The notes under the pieces were generated by a model that had not been told where the DNA came from, did no database searches, and saw nothing but the letters and a program-made list of their open reading frames with translations. A program made the position numbers and the translations under genes. 23,997 bases of DNA, taken from sequence record DRR723986_5155, one strand, 5' to 3'. Below are positions 1 to 7,791 of this stretch, piece after piece. How positions within the stretch are numbered: the first letter of the stretch is position 1; the number at the start of each line of letters is the position of its first letter.

Positions 1-1
1 C

Positions 2-2593
2 AAGGACTATGACGCCCGGGGCTTCTTCCAGTGGTTCGATAATTCGGACAAACTGATCGAGACCGCCGCCGCGGACTACGCGAAGATGGTCATGGAGAAC
101 CCGAACGCTACGCTTCTTGCCATGCACCCCACCAACAGTGGCGTCCGCAAGTTCAATGAAAAAGCTCTGGACCTATTGAGGGAGATGGAAGTCGTCAGCC
201 CCGCCAAGGACGATGTGTCAATGGAGGTTATCACACGAGGCGCCGAAGCTCAGACCATGGTCGTTGGTTTCGGAAAGGGGCATCGAATTATTCTTGGCGA
301 GACGCTCGAACTCGACGGCGTTCGTTATGCGAACGGGCAAATCGCAACAATCATGAATGCTTGGCTCGACACAACGGGCGAGCCCTTCTTCGATCTACTC
401 TTCGATGATGGAAAGCGCAGGATCTTCGCGTGGTCCGACTTCATTCGTCATCGCGAGCTGATGCACAAGAAGAAGGTCGAGAACGGCGACAAGGACATCG
501 AACCCTTGCTGCCGAAGCTTCAGCACGCTTTCGCTACGACGGAAACGTCCGCGCAGGGCATGACTGTCGACTACTCCTTCATTCTGGATCCGCAGCACTC
601 GTATGTCGCCGGCACACGCCATCGCTGGGGCGCGTTCTTCTACGGGAACTACGGCGCCGCTCACGACATCCTGATGTCGAAGAAGGGAGGTGCCATCAAG
701 CTCTCCAATGACGGATCCATGGTCAACGAAAACGACGAGACCAATCCGAAGGAGGATCTCGTCATCCGTAAGGGCGAGGGCGGCGTCGAAATCTCCGATG
801 CGGAGGTCAAGGCCGAAGCCTTCAAGATGATGACCCAGCATGGCCCGAAGTGGAATGCCGCCGACTCCTTCCAGTCGCCGAGCGAGTTCCTTGCATTCGC
901 CTACGGCAAACTCAAGGAGAAGGCCAAGCAGGTGACGGAAGCCGTCGGGACCTCCCTAAAGGCGACCATCATCAACGCCTTCAACGAAACACTGGCCTCC
1001 GGCGAGCAGCCGATGCCCGACTTCACGTCGTCGGTCGCGGAAGCCATCGAGGACGTCGAGTTCGACAATGACAACGAGAGTGCACTTGAAAGCGAGGACG
1101 CTGACATGAAAGCTGGACAGCAGAAATCCGGTAAACAGAAGTGGGTCGGCGGGAAGCCTGAGCGCAGGCTCATCACTGAGAGCGAAACGAGGGAATTCGA
1201 ACGCCACAACATGCTCGACTTCGCATTCAATCGCCTCGGAGCCGACTGGAAGTACAAGGGTCGCGAGAAAGGCCGGAAGTCGCCCAAGTGGGGCGGTCAG
1301 GAGTACGAGCTTAAAATCAGCGGGGACAGCGTTGTCGTGAACCATCGCCGGGACGGCACCTGGTCGTTCTGGGTGCGTGGCGACAAGGCCGACGGCAACC
1401 GTCTCTGGAACCTCGCTGCTCGTTACCTCGGCATGTCCAAGATCGAAGCCATGCACGACCTCCGCAAGGAAGTCGGCACCTCGCCGGATCCCGTCGAGAT
1501 GGAGAGAATGGTCGTCGAGGGCAAGTTCAAGGACAGCGGCAAGGTCCCGGCCTTCAAGGAACAGCCGTTGCATGAGCAGCTGGAAGCGGCATGGCTGAAG
1601 GACTACCGAGGCTCGATTGAAGCTTGGGATGCGACGAACGACGAGGAAGTCGCAGACAAGGAGAAGGCGCTCTCCAAGTTCGACCGCGCCGTCCAGAAGT
1701 GGTCCTACCGTGAAAGCGGTATTTCGGACTATCTCCTGGAGCGTGGACTGACGGCGAAAACGCAGAAGCACTTCGCCGGCGACTTCAAGCTCGCGAACAA
1801 GAAGTATGACAAGCTGAAGTCCGATGGAAAAACCGTACCGGGCGAAGTGCTGTTCGGGCTTCGCGACCGGGCGAACAAGATCGTCGGCTATTTCATGAAG
1901 GGCCGCGAAGGCAAGGGCATGGCCTCCGATCTTTCCGGTGGTGCGCCGACCTTCATGGGATACCGTGGCGGCCGCAAGGGAGATAACGGAGAACGCGTCT
2001 CGCCGTCACACATCATCCTTGTCGAAGCCCACATTGACGGCATGTCCTACTGGCAACATATCGGCTCCCCGGAGAACGCCCTGATTATCTCTTCAACGGG
2101 TCAGGTTGGTGAGCAGACCCAGGCGGCGGCTTACATGTACGCGAAGCATTGCCCGAGTGCGGAGATTCACATCGCACCGGATTCGGACGAAGCCGGATAT
2201 AGCTTCTTCCTGAAATACCTGGATGCCGTCGAAGCTGGTCGGCAGCAGGCTATCTCCGAAGGCTACAAAGGCCCGGTTGGCGACATCATCGACGCTCGTG
2301 CAGGTCTCGAATGGAACGACTGGAACAACCGCATTCGTGGCATCAAGTCCATCGACGACTGGAGGCCGCCTGTCGAAGGTGACGAGGGCTTCAACCCGCG
2401 TCGCGATGTCGAATTCGATGGTCCGATCCCGAAAGCGCCAGAACCCATTATCGTTCTGGAAGGTAGACCGGAACCGGATGTGCCCGCCGAAAAGCCGAGG
2501 AGAAAACCGAATTTCCGTGGCGCAATGCAACGGCGCAAGAAGCCGCAAGGGGACAGGGAGCCGACTGGCTTTGGGCCGCGTCTCGTTCCTTAA
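2..2593 (+). CDS. traA: 5'-truncated TraA-like conjugative relaxase/helicase (C-terminal SF1B helicase motifs) fused to a DUF3991/Toprim primase-like domain
   Basis: The frame is open from base 2 (KDYDARGFF...). HAFATTETSAQGMTVD...YVAGTRHR resembles the TraA helicase motifs V/VI (HGYAxTxHKxQGxTVD...YVAxxRHR). The C-terminus has YLLERGL, ILVEAHIDGMSY, IAPDSDEAG and NDWNN, typical Toprim motifs. The relaxase domain itself would lie outside the window. Confidence 0.75.
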   Translation, partial: KDYDARGFFQWFDNSDKLIETAAADYAKMVMENPNATLLAMHPTNSGVRKFNEKALDLLREMEVVSPAKDDVSMEVITRGAEAQTMVVGFGKGHRIILGETLELDGVRYANGQIATIMNAWLDTTGEPFFDLLFDDGKRRIFAWSDFIRHRELMHKKKVENGDKDIEPLLPKLQHAFATTETSAQGMTVDYSFILDPQHSYVAGTRHRWGAFFYGNYGAAHDILMSKKGGAIKLSNDGSMVNENDETNPKEDLVIRKGEGGVEISDAEVKAEAFKMMTQHGPKWNAADSFQSPSEFLAFAYGKLKEKAKQVTEAVGTSLKATIINAFNETLASGEQPMPDFTSSVAEAIEDVEFDNDNESALESEDADMKAGQQKSGKQKWVGGKPERRLITESETREFERHNMLDFAFNRLGADWKYKGREKGRKSPKWGGQEYELKISGDSVVVNHRRDGTWSFWVRGDKADGNRLWNLAARYLGMSKIEAMHDLRKEVGTSPDPVEMERMVVEGKFKDSGKVPAFKEQPLHEQLEAAWLKDYRGSIEAWDATNDEEVADKEKALSKFDRAVQKWSYRESGISDYLLERGLTAKTQKHFAGDFKLANKKYDKLKSDGKTVPGEVLFGLRDRANKIVGYFMKGREGKGMASDLSGGAPTFMGYRGGRKGDNGERVSPSHIILVEAHIDGMSYWQHIGSPENALIISSTGQVGEQTQAAAYMYAKHCPSAEIHIAPDSDEAGYSFFLKYLDAVEAGRQQAISEGYKGPVGDIIDARAGLEWNDWNNRIRGIKSIDDWRPPVEGDEGFNPRRDVEFDGPIPKAPEPIIVLEGRPEPDVPAEKPRRKPNFRGAMQRRKKPQGDREPTGFGPRLVP

Positions 2594-2603
2594 TCTCACC
2601 AGG

Positions 2604-2639
2604 ATACGGTCGTCGGGAGTTTCAACTCGACGACCGTAT
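2604..2639. terminator. Inverted repeat between convergent genes, probably a bidirectional terminator
   Basis: Perfect 12-bp arms ATACGGTCGTCG (2604-2615) and CGACGACCGTAT (2628-2639), between the stop codons at 2593 and 2646. Confidence 0.6.
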
Positions 2640-2645
2640 TGATGT

Positions 2646-3617
2646 TTACGAACCCCGCTTGAATTCTTCAAGTAGATCCAACGGCTTCGGGTTCAGGTCG
2701 GCCATGTCCTCCATTCCGAACCTAATCCGCATTCCGACAAGCGTATTCCCGTCACGGGTGAAAGCGTTCCTATGTCCGACTTCGTTCAACCAGGCAATCA
2801 CGAGGTCAAGATTTCGAGGACTGAAAAAGTCGTCTCTTCCATCATAGACTTCAAACACATGTCGCAAGGCTTCTGCCTTCCGCTCGAAATCGCGCCTCAG
2901 ACGGGCCATCCGATCAGTTGGTATCCCTTCGGACTTTCCGATAATGGCGCGGTATTTCTCAGCAGCCTTGAGCGCAGCGTCAATTGTCGGAGTGAATGCG
3001 TCCGGCTCCAGAAACCCTCCGCCGGCGAGCCGCCCCATCGGTCGGGTTTCCATTTTCCATTTCTCGCCATCGTTCGGCTTCATGGTTTCAGCGGCATAAT
3101 CCCGAACCCGAACATCAATCGAAAGCACGCCGTCCGAGACCCTCATTGCCGCAAACAGCTTCGCATGGATAGCTCCGTACGATGTCTCGAACGTGCGCCG
3201 CAGAGCATCAAATTTGTCGATCTTCCAAGCCCATGAGTTCACTGCTCGGATAAACGGTCTCAAAACCTGCTCGGCACGGGCCAGCATTGTCAATTCATAC
3301 TGACGGTCTCGCTTGCCTTCCATGATCGCCATGGCTTCGTTCCATGACGCGCCATAAGCTTCAGCCCCGCAGGTTGATCCGAGCAACACCCGGTTCATGG
3401 AGGCCAACAAGGCTGTGAATCCATCCCGATGGTTGGTTCGCCCGCAATGCGCGCAACGGACCTTCGTCTTAGGGTAGTCCTTGTGCCGATAGACGTTGAT
3501 GATGGAAAGGAGGGCAACGCCCTCCGGGATGTGGTGAATTATGTTCGGTTGATCCAAAGCGTCGCTCAGAACCAGGTTTTGCTTGAGGAGTTCCTCGTCC
3601 GAAAATTTGCCTGCCAA
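2646..3617 (-). CDS. Hypothetical protein with an N-terminal putative zinc-binding motif
   Basis: 323-aa ORF with RCAHCGRTNH...LGSTCG (CxxC-x4-H...C), followed by a helical, charged region. Confidence 0.7.
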   Translation of the reverse strand: MAGKFSDEELLKQNLVLSDALDQPNIIHHIPEGVALLSIINVYRHKDYPKTKVRCAHCGRTNHRDGFTALLASMNRVLLGSTCGAEAYGASWNEAMAIMEGKRDRQYELTMLARAEQVLRPFIRAVNSWAWKIDKFDALRRTFETSYGAIHAKLFAAMRVSDGVLSIDVRVRDYAAETMKPNDGEKWKMETRPMGRLAGGGFLEPDAFTPTIDAALKAAEKYRAIIGKSEGIPTDRMARLRRDFERKAEALRHVFEVYDGRDDFFSPRNLDLVIAWLNEVGHRNAFTRDGNTLVGMRIRFGMEDMADLNPKPLDLLEEFKRGS

Positions 3618-4051
3618 GAGTCCGCATCTCCGACTGCATTCCGTAACTGGAGATGCAACTTACCCGATTCGAGTGGGTTGTGGTATTGATGTGAACGGAT
3701 CATGAGCAAGTTTCTGAAAGAAATGAGCGTTGAAGTGATCGATATACTTGCGAAATTAATTCTAGCAAAGCCCCGGAATATTTTGAGCCAGTCATAGAAT
3801 GATGCTCCGGCTGTTCTCGGAAAACTCGACATTGCTCTCGAAATAGCTCTTGTGAACCCCGCCGTCGTCGTACTGTAAAATCTCAGCGGCAGCAAATTTG
3901 TTCAGGTTCTTAAGTGGCAGACCGCTAACGGTTTGGAGCTCGACTTCCGCGATCCCAAAGGGCGACAGAGCTTTCTTCGAATTCAGAAATCGGTAGCTTC
4001 CGGAAAAATACGATTGGTCAGCGGCCTGCCTGTTTAGCGGATCCGATGCAG

Positions 4052-4504
4052 CTATTTGCCAGCAAACTGCTTGTATTTCTTTGTAACTTTGTCGCCCTTG
4101 GAAAGTTTCTTGATTTCTCCATCATAGTAGCCGTCGGTCCGGCCTGTGTTGCCTTCCCAGTGCGTGAGATATTTCTTGCCTGACTTGTACCACGTCCAGC
4201 AGTCGTTGGCCTTGCCGCCTTCCTTCTTATCGATAGTGTTCCAACTCATGCTCGCACAGAGTTTGTTGCCTTTGACGGTCCATCTGCCGTCGCCATACCA
4301 CTTCTGGTTTTTCCCGATGATCAGGTAAGTCCCGTCGGCCGCAAAGAACGCGTTGCTGTTCTTCCAGCTCGTGGAATTGCCCTTGTAAAGAGCTGACAGT
4401 TCCGTCGCGGTCAGCGGGACTGCGCTCTTGGGAAGCTTGTCTGCGATGGCAAATTGAGTTGAAACCAGTAGCGCTACAGCAGCTGGCAAAAGTATCTTGT
4501 TCAT
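4052..4504 (-). CDS. Secreted basic DUF995-like protein
   Basis: GGAGG RBS and a signal peptide (MNKILLPAAVALLVSTQFAIA). PLTATELSALYKG and GDGRWTVKGNKLC motifs with two Cys resemble rhizobial DUF995 proteins. Confidence 0.75.
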   Translation of the reverse strand: MNKILLPAAVALLVSTQFAIADKLPKSAVPLTATELSALYKGNSTSWKNSNAFFAADGTYLIIGKNQKWYGDGRWTVKGNKLCASMSWNTIDKKEGGKANDCWTWYKSGKKYLTHWEGNTGRTDGYYDGEIKKLSKGDKVTKKYKQFAGK

Positions 4505-4559
4505 GTTTCGCCTCCAGTTCTAGATGGAGGAAAAGCAAACCAAGCTCTTGCTGCTCGGA

Positions 4560-4579
4560 CACCCCCTAATTGAGGGGAG
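4560..4579. promoter_or_regulatory. Palindromic operator box 1 (CACCCCCTAATTGAGGGGAG)
   Basis: Copy of the repeated CACCCC-N8-GGGGTG motif, 55 bp upstream of the ATG at 4504 (minus strand). Confidence 0.7.
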
Positions 4580-4711
4580 CGTGATAATATCCTCAGGAAC
4601 TGACCAAGTTCGGCAATATTCGGACGCTTTATTTGAATGACTATCCCGTTCGCTCAGGGATGCACCACATTTTGTGAAAAGATGCGGCATAACGCTCCGC
4701 GTAACCGGTTC

Positions 4712-4830
4712 GTGACTGCTCCCCGTCCTGAAGGACGGGGCTTCTTGCTTCGACGGCCGCGGCTATTCTCCCGGCGGAGGTGGACTCACGCATGTCTCAG
4801 CGGCACATACGACGTAACCTGCCCCACGGA
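4712..4830 (-). mobile_element. IS200/IS605-family right end / TnpB omegaRNA scaffold without tnpB (non-autonomous remnant)
   Basis: The minus strand reads CCGTGGGGCAGG...GTCGAAGCAAGAAG-CCCCGTCC-TTCA-GGACGGGG-AGCAG-TCAC. This matches the GAAGCAxGAA, subterminal hairpin (4721-4740) and TCAC-terminus layout of tnpB 3' ends. The left boundary is approximate. Confidence 0.7.
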
Positions 4831-4857
4831 TCTATTGACCCGGTCATCGGTCGCGGT

Positions 4858-4877
4858 CACCCCTCAATTGAGGGGTG
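4858..4877. promoter_or_regulatory. Palindromic operator box 2 (CACCCCTCAATTGAGGGGTG, perfect palindrome)
   Basis: Perfect 20-bp palindrome, 54 bp upstream of the RTX gene ATG at 4932. Confidence 0.75.
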
Positions 4878-4931
4878 TTTCCTTCTGAACGTCGGCGGAT
4901 CATCTAACCGATGCTGATCTGGGAGGTTGTC

Positions 4932-7709
4932 ATGGCAATTGTTATTAAGGGACGCAAACACGATTACATTCACACAGCCAATCGCAACGATATCATATTT
5001 GCAGGCGGCGGCAACGACACGATCTATTCGGAAGGTGGCAACGATCTGATCTACGCCGGGAGAGGCGACGACATCATCAATGCCGGATCCGGCGATGATC
5101 TGGTGTTTGGAGGCGCTGGCAATGATTTCATCACCGGAGGAGCTGGCGCTGATGTCGTCTTTGCCGGAAGGGGCAACGACACAGCGGTGTTCGTTGCAGC
5201 GGACAATGCAGATAACGAAGGTCGTGGAGACTATTACGATGGCGGCCGCGGCTGCGATACGCTCCGCATCGAATTGACATCTGACATGTGGTCTCAGGAT
5301 GCCGTAAAGTCAGACATGCTCGCCTTTCTGGAGCATCTGGCGACATTCGGATCAGGCGAGGAGTTCAGGTTTTCGAGCGTAAACCTGTGTGTGAAGCGCT
5401 TCGAGAAGTTGGAAGTCTTCGTCGACGGCCAAAAGGTCGATCTGTTTGTAACCGATCCTGACGACGGGCCGCTCGTGATCGACAGATCGTCCTCAACCGT
5501 GGACGAAACCATTACCACCATCGGCGATGGCGACACTGATATCCGGACCGGATCCGGAAACGATACGATCACGGCGGGCAATGGCAACAACGTCATCGGC
5601 GCGGGTGACGGAAACAACAAGGTCACGACCGGGACTGGAGCCGACATTATCACCACCGGCTCCGGAGACGATGTGATCGACAGCGGTGACGGGAACGATA
5701 CGATCTACATCGGCGACGGTGACGATGTTGTGCGCGCTGGCGGGGGCAACGACACCATTATCGCCGGCAACGGCGGAGGCGTTGACCTGATCGACGCTGG
5801 AAGCGGCAACGATCTTGTCACCTATCCTTCTGATGTGGACGGGATTTCGGTCGACCTTAATGAAAGCGACAGGTCGTTGGTGGCACTTGGCAACGGAATG
5901 ACCGTAGGTGACCTGCTGTCACAGAACGGTTACGCCGCCAATACACCCGTTGCTATTGCACAAGGTATTTCCATTGACACTGACGTGTTGATCAGCGTCG
6001 AGAACATCACCGGCGGCGGTGGTAACGACACGATCATGGGCAACGAGTTGGCCAATCGGCTCATAGGCGAGGGAGGCGATGATACCCTCTTTGGCAACGA
6101 CGGAGATGACGATCTCCGAGGCGGATCCGGAAATGACACATTGAACGGTGGTGGTGGTGACGATCTGCTTGAAGGCAGCACCGGACTTGATGTTCTCGAC
6201 GGAGGAGGAGGCCACGACACCATTATCCTGCGCGGTCCGGACACCGATTACAGCATCACGAACAACGGTGACGGCAGTTACACGTTGACCGACAATGGTG
6301 GCAATGGTGATGGTGTTGACATCATCTCGAACATCGAGAGGTTGGTCTTCTCTAACGTCACCCGGGATTTCTGGGAGTTGGTTCCCACCAACTTCGTTTA
6401 CGGGACGCCTGGCGATGACAAACCGCTCAACGGAACTCCCGCCTTCGATGACATCCAAGGCTATGCCGGCGATGACGACATCTTCGGATACTCGGGTGAG
6501 GACTGGATCACAGGCGGACAGGGAAACGACTACATCGACGCCGGATCCGGCACGACCGATGACGACAACTTCCTCTGGGATACGATCGCCTACGACCGTG
6601 AAGTGGATGAAGGCGGTTTCCAGGGAGTTACGGTCAATCTGGCGCTGCAAACCGCGACCGATACGTTCGGCAACACCGACACGCTCATAGAGTTCGAACG
6701 GGTGATGGCAACGAACTTCGCAGACTCCATCACCGGATCGGATGCCGATGAAGGCTTTGACCCGCACGGCGGCGACGATTTTATCGATGGTGGCGCGGGC
6801 TATGACCAGCTCATGTATCACCTTTCATACACTCTGGGTGGTACAGGCGGAATTATCGTAACGTTCGACGACAGCACGGCAAACACGGGAGATGGAACGG
6901 CCATCGATCCGTTCGGAGACACGGATACCTTTACCAACATCGAAGGCATTCGCGGAACTGCCAACGCTGACCAGGTCTATGGCGGACAAGGCCACCAAAC
7001 GTTGAGGGGGTACGACGGCGCCGATATATTCGATGGCGGCGGCGGGTATGACCGGGCCGACTACAGTCAGGACTCTGCATACGGTGGTACCGCTGGCATA
7101 CATGTTGATCTTGAGAACACTGATGCCAGTGGATTTGGACTGGTAATTGACGGGTTTGGCTCGCAAGACCGCTTGTTGAACGTCGAATGGATTCGAGGCA
7201 CGGGATCCGCGGACGAAATGTGGGGCGATGCTAATGCGAACGAGTTCGAGGGTCGAGCCGGTGACGATGAACTTCACGGACGAGCCGGGGATGATTTGCT
7301 CTTCGGAGGTCTCGGCAACGATGCCCTTCACGGGGATGACGGCCTCGATACGCTGGAGGGCGACAATGGTGACGACGTGCTCATGGGTGGCGCCGATGAC
7401 GATCATCTCGACGGCGGCAGCGGCGAAGACACCCTGGATGGAGGCACAGGCAACGACTTCATGATCGGTGGTCTGGACGCGGATCGTTTCCATTTCAGCG
7501 CCGGGAGCGGCAACGATACGATCGGGGATTTCGAACTTGGCGTCGACGGTCTCGTGCTTGAGGGCGGTATGACTATCGCAAGTCTGTCCGAAGTGAACGT
7601 GGGCGGAGATGCCTCTCTCGACACCATTGTCGAGTTTTCGTCGGGCGACCAGGTCGTGCTGCTTGATGTCAACGGTGTCGCCGACCCCAGTCAGCTTCAG
7701 ATCGTGTGA
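4932..7709 (+). CDS. RTX (hemolysin-type) Ca2+-binding repeat protein, T1SS substrate
   Basis: Dozens of GGxGxDxLx nonapeptides, very acidic, no signal peptide, and a C-terminal D.F.F...SGNDTIGDF T1SS signal. It lies directly upstream of the T1SS genes. The start was moved to 4932 because of the GGGAGG RBS. Confidence 0.92.
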   Translation: MAIVIKGRKHDYIHTANRNDIIFAGGGNDTIYSEGGNDLIYAGRGDDIINAGSGDDLVFGGAGNDFITGGAGADVVFAGRGNDTAVFVAADNADNEGRGDYYDGGRGCDTLRIELTSDMWSQDAVKSDMLAFLEHLATFGSGEEFRFSSVNLCVKRFEKLEVFVDGQKVDLFVTDPDDGPLVIDRSSSTVDETITTIGDGDTDIRTGSGNDTITAGNGNNVIGAGDGNNKVTTGTGADIITTGSGDDVIDSGDGNDTIYIGDGDDVVRAGGGNDTIIAGNGGGVDLIDAGSGNDLVTYPSDVDGISVDLNESDRSLVALGNGMTVGDLLSQNGYAANTPVAIAQGISIDTDVLISVENITGGGGNDTIMGNELANRLIGEGGDDTLFGNDGDDDLRGGSGNDTLNGGGGDDLLEGSTGLDVLDGGGGHDTIILRGPDTDYSITNNGDGSYTLTDNGGNGDGVDIISNIERLVFSNVTRDFWELVPTNFVYGTPGDDKPLNGTPAFDDIQGYAGDDDIFGYSGEDWITGGQGNDYIDAGSGTTDDDNFLWDTIAYDREVDEGGFQGVTVNLALQTATDTFGNTDTLIEFERVMATNFADSITGSDADEGFDPHGGDDFIDGGAGYDQLMYHLSYTLGGTGGIIVTFDDSTANTGDGTAIDPFGDTDTFTNIEGIRGTANADQVYGGQGHQTLRGYDGADIFDGGGGYDRADYSQDSAYGGTAGIHVDLENTDASGFGLVIDGFGSQDRLLNVEWIRGTGSADEMWGDANANEFEGRAGDDELHGRAGDDLLFGGLGNDALHGDDGLDTLEGDNGDDVLMGGADDDHLDGGSGEDTLDGGTGNDFMIGGLDADRFHFSAGSGNDTIGDFELGVDGLVLEGGMTIASLSEVNVGGDASLDTIVEFSSGDQVVLLDVNGVADPSQLQIV

Positions 7710-7713
7710 GGTT

Positions 7714-7756
7714 GCACATCCGGGCTTGCGCTGGAACGGCGCAAGCCCGGATGTGC
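7714..7756 (+). terminator. Intercistronic 18-bp stem-loop (attenuator or mRNA stabiliser)
   Basis: GCACATCCGGGCTTGCGC, a 7-nt loop, then GCGCAAGCCCGGATGTGC, starting 5 nt after the RTX stop. There is no U-tract. Confidence 0.65.
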
Positions 7757-7791
7757 CCTGACGTTCACATCAAGCATGAGAACCTCCTGCC

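Noticed and set aside
3660-3905. Possible decayed gene on the minus strand (…ILQYDDGGVHKSYFESNVEF…, three stops) and the 109-aa ORF 3566-3895
   Set aside because: It looks coding-like but has no recognisable family, start codon or RBS, so it cannot be supported.
4721-4740. GC-rich hairpin read as a simple rho-independent terminator
   Set aside because: It lies between divergent genes, so nothing ends there, and its flanks match an IS200/IS605 right end.
4560-4877. Boxes 1 and 2 as terminal repeats of a MITE or as CRISPR repeats
   Set aside because: The same motif recurs singly at 12799 and 14141 at a fixed distance from start codons. There is no regular spacing, no target duplication and no cas gene.
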